Assembly (NCBI RefSeq): GCF_006345805.1
Contig: NC_043002.1
Coordinates: forward strand, 93,434,001 to 93,498,000
DNA length: 64,000 bases
Direction: 5' to 3'
Source of the DNA: Octopus sinensis
Lineage: Eukaryota
In this document: positions 1-14,125 of the stretch, in pieces
Layout of the letters: each line of letters begins with the position of its first letter
How positions within the stretch are numbered: position 1 is the first letter of the stretch
The notes under the pieces: model-generated
What the model saw: only the letters and a program-made list of their open reading frames with translations
What the model was told of the DNA's origin: nothing
Databases searched by the model: none
Translations under genes and position numbers: made by a program

Positions 1-277
1 TTACTAAAAACCCTTGTCTCCATAAGTCAGCTCCTGATCGTACACACCTATAATCAAAGACATTCCACCAGTGACCCTCCCCATTGTTTTATTTATTATC
101 TTTTTTTTCCTCCAGGGGAACGGGTAACAATATATTATTACCAGTGTATTCTTTTTTAAAATTTTATTTTAAAACGGCAGGATGATATTTGAGGGAAATT
201 TAGCTGCTATTCGTTGCAAACCGAGCTACTACATAGGGGTTCACTCGTTTCATCTTTATTCTGTATTAGCATATTGC

Positions 278-310
<33 letters not shown>

Positions 311-339
311 TATGTAATATTTGCACACATAATATAATA

Positions 340-938
340 TATTTATTCTATACATACATACATATATATATAATATATATTATATACATACATATATATA
401 TATCATACACATTTATGTATATAATATATATTATATACATACATATATATATCATACACATTTATGTATATACATAATGTATATATATATATATTACATG
501 CATGTAATATATATATATGTACACATGTATAATGATGATGTATACATGTTGTGTATATAACATATATATATATTCTTTTGTTCTTTATACATCATTTATT
601 TATACATATGTACACACAGTGTGTGTGTGTGTGTATGTGTGTGTATATATATGTTTATTTATACATGTTATATATATTGAATATATATATATATTATATA
701 CATGTAATTTGTAATTTATATATACATATACATATCAAGGTCGGTGCCCCAGCATGGCCTCAGCCGGATGGCTGAAACAAGTAAAAGAGTAGAGTATATG
801 TATACATATATATGTATATATATAATATATATATAGGTCATACATATATATGTATATCATATACATATGTATTATACATACATACATTATATATATATAT
901 ATATAGATATATATATATATATATATAATATACATATG

Positions 939-984
<46 letters not shown>

Positions 985-1019
985 CATATGTATATATATA
1001 TATATATATATAGATATAT

Positions 1020-1053
<34 letters not shown>

Positions 1054-1086
1054 ATATTATATATATATATATATAATATACATATG

Positions 1087-1130
<44 letters not shown>

Positions 1131-1138
1131 CATATGTA

Positions 1139-1186
<48 letters not shown>

Positions 1187-1195
1187 CATTGTATT

Positions 1196-1227
<32 letters not shown>

Positions 1228-1322
1228 ATATACATATGTATTATAAGTATATATATATATATAATATACATATGTATTATAAATATATATTATATACATA
1301 TGATATAATGTATATATATTAC
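340..1322. repeat. (TA)n/(TACA)n compound microsatellite field, interrupted at 735-793
   Basis: Almost pure TA/CA dinucleotide sequence; source of the I/Y/M/H ORFs. Confidence 0.95.
735..793 (+). mobile_element. Isolated retroposon 3' tail (SINE/LINE shared tail) inserted in TA tract
   Basis: GGTGCCCCAGCATGGCCTCAGCCGGATGGCTGAAACAAGTAAAAGAG matches the tail of the full SINE copies in this window. Confidence 0.8.
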
Positions 1323-1681
1323 ATAAAATGAATTATTTTATTTCACATGGCCTTTCATTTTTTGGTGCTTTGTCTTTATTAGTATTGGGTTTATAAGGAG
1401 GAGAATTTGCAAACCTGTTGATGCTATTCCTTATGAACAGAGACACTGTGACATAAATGCTTTAATCATATCCCTAGTTCATCTATTTGACTACACACGT
1501 ATCCAACCCCACACATGTACAATCATATATATATATATTCTGACATATATGAAAATACAAATAAATGCCTGCTTACATATAAACCCTCAACTCATATATT
1601 GATACGTATTAACATACCAACATAAACATGTACATATTTCCATACACATATCTGTACATGCTCACACACACACACACAAAC

Positions 1682-1712
<31 letters not shown>

Positions 1713-2107
1713 ATACATATATGTCTACATATTTATATATCTGTGTATGTATATGTATATTGACAACTGGTTTGAGTTCATATTTTTGTTGCTAACCTGT
1801 GCTTAATGAGTTTGTAAATGTTTGGATGTTTGAATGTGATGTGGGCGCAAGTTTTTTTTTAAAAGATTGAGATTTTATGTTTTAAGAAGTAATGCAATTA
1901 CTCAGAGTTTTCGTAACATGTATTTGCCAGCTATTTATTCCTGCTGAGAAAACGAATTTAAATGATTTGCCCAAAGACAGCGATTGCGCTAAAACTCAAA
2001 CTGATGACTCATTCAAGTGCTGTTTGTTCAATAATATAATAAATAAAGCAGTCATGAACATTATAGGCCCTTGTGCTTTTATTAGTAGTTATTACGTAGA
2101 CATGTTT

Positions 2108-2179
<72 letters not shown>

Positions 2180-2599
2180 AGTTAGATAAATGGATGGATA
2201 GATATATAGATGACATGCCTAATTGCTCATACACAAAAGTATATGAAGAGGATTGCAGATGTATCTGTTGCATCTAAAATAATTTAACTCTAGGTAAACA
2301 ATCAAAAACGTACAACTGCTACTGCGTCCAAACTATGTTAAGATCTGAAGAATATATCAGATCTGTTGGCATTAATTTGTTAAGTGTAAAAGACTTTATG
2401 TAATTTGGCAAAACATCACTGAAAAATGGGCAGATTGATAGTGAAAACTACAAGAGAGAATGGCAGAGGCATGCACAGCATTTGAATTACTGCTTTAATG
2501 GCTATGAAATAATCCAAATGTCTCTATGAGAATCGAGTGTAAGATCTAGAGAGCAGTTGTTTTGACCATTCTTTTGTATTGTGCTGGAAACTGTATAGG

Positions 2600-2852
2600 G
2601 TACAAAGAATGAAGGTACTTCCCAAGTCATATAGACTCATAAGGCTGGTCTCCCTCTTTCTGGACACATATTCCCCACAGGATGAGATGCTGCTCTGTTG
2701 CAGGATTACTTATTTTTATCAACTTAGTGGACTGAAGCAATGTGAAATGAAAAATTTTGCTGAAGAGCACAACACATTTTGCAGTCAAGGAATTGAAACC
2801 ATAATATTATGGTTGTGAGTCCAACATTTTAACAACTAATCCATGCACCTTC
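2600..2852 (-). mobile_element. Degraded tRNA-derived SINE
   Basis: GGACTGAAGCAATGTGAAATGAA...GAGCACAACACA block and A/B-box-like head on minus, similar to 40010-40130 and 63700-63822. Confidence 0.55.
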
Positions 2853-3600
2853 AGCATACAAGAATCAGATGAAAAATTTTCATGGCTTAATGATCAGACA
2901 GCTGACTTCAGTCATAAAGTATTGTGAGGTATAGTTTCCAACAGTGAGAGAGAAGGGCAAGCTGGATTTACCAAGTATGGTTGATTTCTTCACCAGGAGA
3001 AACCTACATTAGGAAATGGCTTCAGTCTGGCCTACCTTTGTAAGGACAACATGAAAAGAATCTCAACAAGGGGTTAAGGGGTCATATGCTTAGTTGTCAT
3101 GGACATACATACATATACATAAAGACATACATGTATACATAAATATATATTATTTCTTGATGTTTGTTAGTTTAGAATATGCAAGCATTATAGTGCTTTA
3201 TGTAGATGAGCACTTAAGTGGATAGTACATTAGTATTAAATGCAGACAATAAAGTCTTTGATTTGGATTGGACACAGTTTCTCTCTCAATCTCTCTCTCT
3301 CCTCTCTCTTACACACACACACACACACACATGTGGGTTCATGATAGTTTCTCAGAAAGAACACAGCTAGGAGTTCAAGTCTGATTACATTTATGCTGTT
3401 ATTTATGTTTGAATTCCAAGAAAAAGGAAAGGGATTAAATTCCGCTGCCAGATATTTGCTTCGTCAATTTACATGCAGATTCCTTATTGCCGGATAGCAA
3501 AACAGGTATGAATGCCCTCTCCATGGGTGTATGCAGGTGTTTTCACAATATGAAAGGTTTCACCTGCAAGGTAATAGTTTATTCATATTTAAGTTTACAC

Positions 3601-3655
<55 letters not shown>

Positions 3656-3715
3656 TATGCACACTTCTTTGTCTCTTTCTGTAAATATTTTAAATATGTT
3701 TATAAAGTGATATAA

Positions 3716-3856
3716 TAGGTGCAAATGTGGCTGTGTGATAAGAAGTTTGCTTCCCAACCTTATGGTTCTGAGTTCAATCCCACTCTACTATAGCCCTGGG
3801 CCAACCAAGAACTTGTGAGTGGATTTGGTAGATGGAAACTGAAATATGCCTGTTTT
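3716..3856 (+). mobile_element. 5' half of the abundant SINE family
   Basis: TGGCTGTGTG...GAGTTCAATCCCACT...TTGTGAGTGGATTTGGTAGATGGAAACTGAAA, then runs into microsatellite. Confidence 0.85.
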
Positions 3857-3890
3857 CTATATATATATATATATATCTATATATATATAT

Positions 3891-3928
<38 letters not shown>

Positions 3929-4245
3929 TATGTGTATATGTATATGCATGTATGTATATGTATATGCATGTAGTATATGTATATGCATGTATATATATAT
4001 GTATATGCATGTATATATATATGTATATGCATGTATATATATGTATGTATATGCATGTATATATATGTATATGTATATATATATGCATGTATATATATGT
4101 ATATATATGTATATATATATATATGCATGTATATATATGTATGTATATATATGTGTATATATGCATGTATGTATATATGTATATATATGCATGTATGTAT
4201 ATATATATGTATATATATATGCATGTATATATATGTATGTATATG

Positions 4246-4280
<35 letters not shown>

Positions 4281-4395
4281 GTATATATATATGCATGTAT
4301 ATATATGTATGTATATATATGTATATATATATGTATGTATATATATATATATATGCATGTATATATATGTATGTATATATGCATGTATATATATG

Positions 4396-4433
<38 letters not shown>

Positions 4434-5857
4434 TGTATATATATGTATGTATATATGCATGTATATATATGTATATATATGTATATATATATGCATCTAT
4501 ATATATGTATGTATATATATATATGCATGTATATATATGTATGTATATATGCATGTATATATATGTATATATATATGCATGTATATATATGTATATATAT
4601 GTATATGTATATGTGTGTATATATATGTGTGTATATATATGTATATATATGTATATATATATGTGTGTGTATATATATGTATATATATATGTGTATATTA
4701 TGTATACATATATATGTGTATATATATGTGTATATTATGTATATATGTATATATATGTGTATATATATGTGTATATATGTATATATATATATTGTGTGTA
4801 TATATGTATAATATATGTGTGTATATATGTATATATATATATGTGTATATATGTATATATATATATAGTGTGTATATATGTATATATATATATATGTGTA
4901 TATATGTATATATATATGTGTGTGATATATGTATATATATATATGTGTGTATATATGTATATATATGTATGTATATATATGTGTGATGTATATATATATG
5001 TGTGTATATATATGTATATATGTGTATATATATGTATATATATGTGTATATATGTATATATATATATGTGTGTATATATGTATATATATATATATGTGTA
5101 TATATATGTATATATGTATATGTGTATATATATGTATATATATGTGTATATATGTATATATATATATGTGTATATATGTATATATATATGTGTGTATATA
5201 TGTATATATATATGTGTATATATATGTATATATGTATATATATGTGTATATATGTATATATGTATATATATATGTGTGTATATATGTATATATATATGTG
5301 TGTATATATGTATATATGTATATATATATGTGTATATATATGTATATATGTATATATATATGTGTATATATGTATATATGTATATATATATGTGTATATA
5401 TGTATATATATATGTGTGTATATATGTGTGTATATGTATATATATATGTGTGTATATATGTATGTATATATGTATATATATGTGTGTGTATATATGTATG
5501 TATATATGTATATATATATGTGTGTATATATGTATGTATATATGTATATATATATGTGTGTATATATGTATATATATATGTATATATATATATGCGTATA
5601 TACATACATGTTTATATATATATATATATATGTCTATATGTATGTATATATATGTATGTATATAGATATATATGTTATGTATATAGATATGTGTATATAT
5701 ATATATGTATATATGTATGTATATATGTATGTATATATATATATATGTATGTATATAGATATATGTTATGTATATAGATATGTGTATATATATATATGTA
5801 TATATATATGTATATATGTATGTATATAGATATATATGTTATGTATATAGATATGTG

Positions 5858-5888
<31 letters not shown>

Positions 5889-5904
5889 GTATACTTATAT
5901 ATAT
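3857..5904. repeat. ~2 kb compound microsatellite (TA with ATGCAT, GTGT, TAGAT variant zones)
   Basis: Direct inspection; gives the 225-582 aa low-complexity ORFs. Confidence 0.97.
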
Positions 5905-6294
5905 ACTAGCAGTATCGCCCGGCGTTGCTCGGGTTTGTTTCGACCCGCTGGAATTGGAATTTTTGAAAAGTAAAAATTTTGCATTATGTAGCTTGTTATT
6001 CTCTTCAAGTGAACATTTATCTGGTTGAAATACACCGAAAAGTGGCGACACAGCAGTGAAAAAATCATAAAAAATAGGGATTTTCATAGAAAAAAGCACC
6101 TTTTTGATATAAATAATTTTTGGTGTTAACATGGTCCGATTTGAATTTTATCTTCTTACGAAGGAAGAGCAACCCTTCTATTATACTCTTAATTTTGATC
6201 AACTTGTGTCGCAGGGTCTCGGAGGAGATAGTGTTAGTTGAAGGCTACCAAACCTGGCGCACACAGACAACTTCAGCTTTATATATAGAGAGAT
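5905..6294 (+). mobile_element. Non-autonomous Helitron-like element (ACTAGC...TATATAGAGAT type)
   Basis: 5' ACTAGCAGTATCGCCCGGCGTTGCTCGGG shared with 28316-28712 and 30056-30452; inserted in TA; no TSD seen. Confidence 0.65.
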
Positions 6295-6313
6295 AACACA
6301 CACACATTAATAC

Positions 6314-6344
<31 letters not shown>

Positions 6345-6544
6345 CATGTATGTATGTATATATGTACATCTGTCCACTTCTTGCTATATTTTTATCCTTC
6401 ACTTCCTACACACACACACACACTCTCACACACACAGCCACACACACACACACTCACACACACACATGCGCACACACACACACACCTTCTTAGCTTATAA
6501 TTTTCTTTCAACAATTGACACTGTCATATATGTATATGTTTGCG

Positions 6545-7077
6545 TGTCTATGTGTGTAAAGAGAAAGTGTGCTAATAGGCGGAGTAAAGCCTTTGAAGTG
6601 AGAGAGGGAAATCGTAAAATATTGAGCTTTTTCAAATTTTTGCTTAATTGGGGGTCAAATTGAAAGAAATTTATATGCCATGACCGAGTGGAATGTACTT
6701 CGAAAAATCATAGGTAAATTCCAATTGAAGAAATTGTGTGAGGAGTAAATCGTTATGTATTTATTTGTTTCTGTTTGCTCTGTATTTTTTTTGAGTAGTG
6801 GTTTAAGGTACACTTGCAAAGAGAAAGTAGGAGAAAGTATGGTAATAGTAGGAGTGAAGCAGTTGAAATTAGAGAGGCAAATCGTAAAATATTTACTTTT
6901 CTCAAATTTTTGCTTAATTGGGGGTCAAATTGAAAAAAACTTTATATGCCATGACCCAATCGAATCTACTTTGAAAAATCATAGGTAAATTCTAATTGAA
7001 GAAATTCTATATTGTAGAATTGTATTAAAAAGGAACATAGGAACAGGCAGAGAAAATCTGCCTTTTATCATAAGAGA
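6545..7077 (+). mobile_element. Helitron-like non-autonomous element with internal ~135 bp direct repeat
   Basis: Subterminal hairpin AGGCAG-AGAAAAT-CTGCCT near the 3' end; same end at 26768-26800 on minus; internal repeat 6603-6736 / 6872-7006. Confidence 0.55.
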
Positions 7078-7098
7078 TGTGTATGTTTATATGTATAT

Positions 7099-7131
<33 letters not shown>

Positions 7132-7387
7132 GTATATGTATGTATGTATATGTATGTATATATGTATACATATATATATATGTATATATATGTTTATATG
7201 TATGTGTATATGTATGTGTATATATATGTATATGTATGTGTATATATATGTATGTGTATGTATATATATATGTATATATATATATGTGTGTATATATATA
7301 TATGTGTGTATATATATATGTGTGTATATATATATATGTGTGTATATATATATGTGTTATTGTGTTATATGTGATGTATATATATGT

Positions 7388-7435
<48 letters not shown>

Positions 7436-7752
7436 GTAGATATATGTGTATATATATATTTATACGTATGTATATATTATATGTGTAATATATATTTATA
7501 CGTATATATATGTGTAGATATATATGTATAGATATAGTATGTATATATATAGTGTATATCGATATACTATGTAGATATATAGGTATAGATATATATGTAT
7601 ATTCTATATATATATATATGTAGATCTATATGTCTATATACATATATATATGTAATATATTCTATATCTCTATATATATATATATATAATCTATATATAT
7701 AGTAGATATATATGTAATCTATACATATATATATGTATGTACATATATATCA

Positions 7753-7786
<34 letters not shown>

Positions 7787-7951
7787 GTATATATATTACA
7801 TATATATATATGTCTGTACATATATATATTATATATATTTATTGTGTATATATATATTTATATGTATGTATATATATATATATATTTATATGTGTATATA
7901 TATATTTATACGTATATATATGTATATATTTTATGTATATATATTATATGA

Positions 7952-8028
<77 letters not shown>

Positions 8029-8035
8029 GATATAT
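7078..8035. repeat. (TA)n/(TATG)n compound microsatellite
   Basis: Direct inspection. Confidence 0.95.
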
Positions 8036-8134
8036 TTATACCCATGCTAGCATGGAAAACGGACGTTAAATGATGATGATGATATTTATATATTTATATA
8101 TGTATATATTTATATATATTTATAGAAATTTATT

Positions 8135-8173
<39 letters not shown>

Positions 8174-8961
8174 ATGTACATATACATATCATGCTAGCAC
8201 CATGTAAAAAGCACTCATAGCCAGTGTTATGTCACTCCTGCTGGTGTCACATAAAAAGCACCTGAAAATAGTTAGCATTAGGAAAGGCATCCAGCTGTAG
8301 AAGACCAGCCTTAAGTTTACTCTCTGACCCATACAAACATGAAAAAGTGTTAAATCGTGATACGTATGTATGTATGTCAATCCCAATTTCCATACAGACA
8401 CCTACACAAATATATATACATACACACACACACACACATATGTTCATGCACACACATATACACATACATATATACATACACATTTTTACTTATTCATGGT
8501 TATGCATTCATACAATTGTGTAAAAATAATTTATTTCCATGCCTCTTCAAGTAACACAATAACCCCTCCCCTTCTCATCTCTTACACAACTTCAGAAAGC
8601 ATTTAGAGTCTCTTACCTATTTACCTGTGATCTTACATCATACACCTGCGTCATGAATTCTCATTTCTGCAGGTAGGCCACCTTTCCATAAAACCTCACG
8701 CACGACACTGCTCCAAATACTATGCTCTTTCACATATTTTAAGGTTGAAAACTGAATTTTTGACTGAATAAAATCACTGCATCCAATTCCTTCCAGTTCT
8801 TTTGTCTGCAGTTTTCACTTCTCTCTCTCTCTCTCTCTCTCTCCATATATATATATATATATAATATATATATATATATATAAGGAAAGCAGTCCAGAGG
8901 ATTGGACAGGGTGAATGGGTAGGGAGTTCATACGCATATGAAAAGGTGAAATTATTTATAT

Positions 8962-9007
<46 letters not shown>

Positions 9008-9173
9008 TAGGCGCAGGAGTGGCTGTGTGGTAAGTAGCTTGTTTACCAACCACATGGTTCCGGGTTCAGTCCCACTGCGTGGACCTTGGGCAAGTATCTT
9101 CTATTATAGCCTCTGGCCATCGAAAGCCTTGTGAGTGGATTTGGTAGACGGAAACTGAAAGAAGCCTGTCGTA

Positions 9174-9237
<64 letters not shown>

Positions 9238-9408
9238 TGTTTGTGTGTCTGTGTTTGTCCCCCACTACCATTGCTTGACAACCGATGCTGGTGTGTTTAT
9301 GTCCCCGTTACTTAGCGGTTCGGCAAAAGAATAAGACCTGGGGTCGAGTTGCTTGATTAAAGGCGGTGCTCCAGCATGGCCGCAGTCAATTGACTGAAAC
9401 AAGTAAAA

Positions 9409-9410
<2 letters not shown>
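9008..9410 (+). mobile_element. Near full-length abundant SINE with internal TA/TG tract
   Basis: TAGGCGCAGGAGTGGCTGTGTGGTAAG head with GGTTCAGTCCC B-box; tail GGCGGTGCTCCAGCATGGCCGCAGTCAATTGACTGAAACAAGTAAAAGA. Confidence 0.92.
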
Positions 9411-9457
<47 letters not shown>

Positions 9458-9465
9458 ATCTCAGA

Positions 9466-9510
<45 letters not shown>

Positions 9511-9909
9511 GTATATATACATAATCTCACCTTTTCATATGCTTATGAACTCCCTATCCATTCACCCTGTCAGATCCTCTGGACTGCTTTCCTTATATTC
9601 ACCTCCTTGTACCTTAAGGGTACACCCCAATACTTCACCACTGTATTCTCTCTCTCTCTCATCTGCAATTGGGGTAGCTATGTATCTCCTCTACAGTAAG
9701 ACACCTACTTCTGTCTCTCTATCTTAATTTAATCTCTCATCACCTAGCACAAGACCATGTCCCTCAATACATGTGTATGATGATGATGATGATGATGGCA
9801 GTTTCTTCATGTCTGAAGATCATGAGGAGAGAATAGCTTGCCCTTGAATGGCTTTGTAAACTGATCCGTGACACTGCAAGACTTTTCTTCTTGCCTGTGC
9901 TTAGTAGTT

Positions 9910-10082
9910 TTAACTCTTTAGCATTTAAACTGGCAATATCTGGCATAAGATTATCGTCCTGTTTTATGTTCCAGCTGGCAATTTCATTGTAAGAATAAGA
10001 AATCATATCATTGAAATCTCAAAGCTACAAGATAATGAATGACTAATTAATTGACAAAGTAATTTGAATGCTAAAGGGTTAA
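9910..10082. mobile_element. piggyBac-like MITE (TTAA-CCCTTTAGCATT...AATGCTAAAGGG-TTAA family)
   Basis: TTAA-flanked inverted ends; related copies at 25988-26400 and 61434-61661. Confidence 0.7.
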
Positions 10083-10568
10083 TGCAAGAGTTAGTCCATG
10101 CAATCCAGTCCCAGACTTGAAGATCTGACCACACTAGCTCAGCCTGCTAAGACAGCTACAGTGACCAGCAAGCCATACATTGGCATGGCCTTATTGTAGC
10201 TGAATTGCCTTACAGGGCTGGAGAGCTACACCTACCATGGGGTTACTGGAAGGGTGTCAATGTGGACACTGGACTGCCTAAGGACTCCACTTCTTGATTT
10301 GCTATTGAGTTTGACTCCCCTTGTCTTTTCCTTTCTCAAGGCACTCAGGATTTGTGCTTGGAATTTCATCCATAACCTGCTAATTAACCCATAGCTGGGA
10401 CCATGACAGGAGTTGTTACTCTGGGTCAAAATAGACCCTGGAACAATAGTGGCCAAGAGGAGAATTCAACATCCCTCAAAATCCTGGAACTCAAGAACCA
10501 GTGTCCCATTACCGGATGTAATTTAAAGTCATTTGCAGGATGTGTATATACATAGTTATATACATACA

Positions 10569-10732
10569 TAGGCGTAGGAGTGGATGTGTGGTAAGTTGCT
10601 TGCTTACAAGCCACATGGTTCCGGGTTCAGTCCCACTGCGTGGCACCTTGGGCAAGTGCCTTCTACTATTGCCTCGGGCTGACCAAAGCCTTGTGAGTGG
10701 ATTTGGTAGACGGAAACGGAAAGAAGCCCGTC

Positions 10733-10786
<54 letters not shown>

Positions 10787-11035
10787 GTATATATGTATAT
10801 ATGTATATATGTATGTGTGTGTATATGTTTGTGTGTCTGTTTGCCCCCCCCCACATCGCTTGACAACCAATGCTGATGTGTTTACGTCCCCGTAACTTAG
10901 CGGTTCGGTAAAAGGAGCCCGATAAAATAAGTACTAGGCTTATAATGAATAAGTCCTGGGATCGATTTGCTCGACGAAAGGCGGTGCTCCAGCATGGCCG
11001 CAGTCAAATGACTGAAACAAGTAAAAGAGTAAAGA
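10569..11035 (+). mobile_element. Full-length abundant SINE
   Basis: Same head, body and tail as 9008-9410. Confidence 0.92.
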
Positions 11036-12421
11036 GAGAGTATATCTGTATAGCCACATTCTCTGTCCCACTCATTTCCCAATGTGAAGACAAATGAATA
11101 ATCAATTATCTTTTGAACTAATGGAATTCATAAGATAATCGATTATTCCTTTGTGTTCTCATTTTCTTATCACCACTGTATATTCAACTAATGCTTCATA
11201 CTGAAGCATTATATATTGAGTTCTACACTGGGTTTTTAGTATTGCAATGCCTAAGTGAAATTCCTGTTTTTACTGTCCTGTTTTGTTACCACTTTTATCC
11301 CTACGCAAAAAAAATCACAAAATTTATTTAATTTGCTTTGCGGGAAGGACTGTTTCAACGAAGTCGTGTCTTGCCTTTACCTTTGAAACACAGAGTTGAC
11401 GAAGCAGAGGCGGCTGAAGAAGAGGAATTTTCCTTGTGTTGTATGTTTTGTACTCTGTTTTTTTGTTGTTTAAAAATATTGTCTGTTTCCATGGTTTTGT
11501 TTTTATGTTTTCATTTCTCATTGTGTTCGACGTTTTTTTGGTGTCCTGTACCCATATATGCATGTATATATACATATAGATGTAGGTACGTACATATATG
11601 TATATATGCATATGTTTTATTTATTATTTTGTTATATATATATATATATATATACACACGCATATATGTATGTCTACTATAAGTTTTCTAACCAAGGTTT
11701 TGCCATTTCCAAATGGAAGCTGTCTCTCTCTCTCTCTCTCTCTCTCAGCCCTACATTCACAGTTTTTTAGTCTGATCTCTCTTACCATTCATCTCTGATT
11801 ATATGCATTCTCCACCAGACAGACACTTTGTTTTTTTTATGTCTTGGTTCACTAAAATTTGTGTTGTGGAAGACAATTCAGACATTAATATACTTGTATT
11901 GTTCTATCCATAACAAGATTTCTAAAATGGTCAATTATAACATTTCTTGCTATCATCTTATGCAGATAAAACTAATCAAACAGTGACAGAAGCCTATGAA
12001 ACCAAGAAGTAAAACATTTCATTTCATTTACACACTTGTTTGAGAATATCAAGAATAGAACATTAAGAATATTACTATACAGAAATAATAATAATAATGA
12101 TAATAACAATAATAATAATAATACCCTAGGTGTTGTGAAGACACTCATCAAGAAATGAAAACAAAATTGAAGAACTCAATAACAATAATAATAATTATGA
12201 TGATGATGATGATTGTGTGTGTCTGTGTGTGTGTATTATGTATCATAAATGTTAAATGTTATGATATATATAACATATATATGTGTTACAACTTTTAATA
12301 TTTATTATGTATATAAGAATATGCATGTATTTAACATTTATAGTGCATATAAGAATGTATTTATGTGAGTGTGTCTGTTTTACACGATTGTGGTAGTAAA
12401 TTTGAAATTTCGACTTGCTAG

Positions 12422-12579
12422 CAGTGCCATCTTAGGGCATGGACACACTGGTAAGTTGCCCAGAGGTTGCATGAGTTCAGGGGCCTAATTCTGATCTATG
12501 TATACTGTCAATAAATATATACTCTAGGGCCCAGTGCACTGATTTGTCCAGGTCCTATAATGCTGTTAAGACAGCCCTG
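12422..12579. mobile_element. hAT-type MITE
   Basis: Imperfect TIRs CAGTGCCATCTTAG / TTAAGACAGCCCTG with perfect 8 bp TSD CTTGCTAG (12414-12421, 12580-12587). Confidence 0.85.
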
Positions 12580-13649
12580 CTTGCTAGCCTTCATTGGACT
12601 GTCCAATGAAAATCAGCAGGGCAAAACTTTAGAGTCACTGTCACCATTCTTCCTCTAAAAGTATAATAAATGTATACTATACAAAAAATATTGAATAATT
12701 CTTCAGTTTAATGTAAAATTGTTTTTTTCCAACACTTCCCCTTCCTCCACCACCCCACCCTATATAAACTAGCTCACTTGGATTCTACTACTTTATTTTA
12801 ATAACTCCATCAAAAGAATACAAATCCAGAAGATGTTCAAATAAGAAATCTTGTTTCGTTTTTCAACTTCGTACATCTAACACCTCTCTGCGCAGACAAT
12901 AATCCCCTTATTAGTTCTTTGCATTATTCTATCTATTTCATTACCTATGTAATACATAATTTAAACATAATTTCGTATTCCACGCTGTTATGTTTTAAAA
13001 ACAAACTTAAGTTCCTTTCACGTGCATTTACTATCGCCACTTATTCATTTATTTAATTTTGTCACATCGTCACTTCAATTTTTGGCTGACTGAAAATTCT
13101 AAGATTTTTCAATTCTATTTCACTGTTATCAGCATTTGCTGTTTCATTAAATTATGCTACTCAAAATCCCAAAAGAATGTTTTTCTCCCTCATGTTCTAT
13201 CCTCGACCAGCCTAACCCTGGTCCCTCTCTCTCTCTCTCTCTCTGTTTTGATAACCACTTGCTTCTCTACCACCCCACCCTATATAACTAGCTCACTCGG
13301 GTTCTGCTACTTCATTTTAATAACTCCGCCAAAAGAATACAAATCCAGAAGATGTTCTTCTCTAATTCTGCTATTTCATGGTATGCCTGCTCCCTCCCCC
13401 AACAACTGTACCGGAAGTCCCTATCCTCTGACATCTTTTGGTTGTCTCCCATGAACACTTCTAAAGGCTTAACGCCATCCCCACCCCTACTCAGGGTTTA
13501 CCTCCTATGTAAGATAATGATCATGTAGTGCATAAAAATGGTGTAGTGTATGCAGGTTGAAGGCTATGGTTTGTATATGAATTCTGCCAAATGTGAGCTT
13601 TCTTTTCAGGTACATGATGCTGCTGTCCCTCATTCCAGGGTCTTACGGG

Positions 13650-14012
13650 CCCACACCTTCGTTGCCAGTGTCGCCTTACTGGCACATGTGCCGGTGGTAC
13701 ATGAAAAACATTTGAGTGTGGTCATTGCAAGTGCTGTTGGACTAGTCCCTGTGCAGGTGATACGTAAAAAACACCTTTTGAGTGTGAACGTTGCCAGTAC
13801 CACCTGACTGGCCCTCGTGTCGGTGACATGTAAAAGCACCCACTACACTCTCAGAATGGCTGGTGTTAGGAAGGGTATTCAGCTGTAGAAACTTTGCCAG
13901 ATCAGATTGGAGCCTGGTGCAGCCTTCTGGCTTGCCAGTCCTCAGTCAAACCGTCCAAAACATTCCAGCATGGAAAGCAGACGTTAAGTGACAATGATGA
14001 TGATGATGATGA
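13650..14012 (+). mobile_element. 5'-truncated RTE-type LINE 3' UTR with (GAT)n tail
   Basis: AAAGCACCCACTACACTCTC...AGCATGGAAAGCAGACGTTAA-(GAT)n; same sequence follows the RTE ORF end at 50078-50236. Confidence 0.85.
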
Positions 14013-14094
14013 TAACCTTGAAACAAATATTGTTTCTATATCTATATGTACACCTCTCTTTGTTTCTCTGTCTGTCACTCTCTCTATATATATA

Positions 14095-14125
<31 letters not shown>

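Noticed and set aside
2295-2399. Possible plus exon VNNQKRTTATASKTMLRSEEYIRSVGINLL
   Set aside because: Poor polypyrimidine tract and no recognisable family
3479-3570. Possible plus exon ending CRCFHNMKGFTCK (EGF-like cysteine spacing)
   Set aside because: Weak acceptor, no neighbouring cysteine-rich exons; insufficient support
3774-5829. Long ORFs of 225-582 aa rich in I/Y/H/T/M/C/V
   Set aside because: Translations of TA/TG microsatellite, which lacks stop codons; no coding signal
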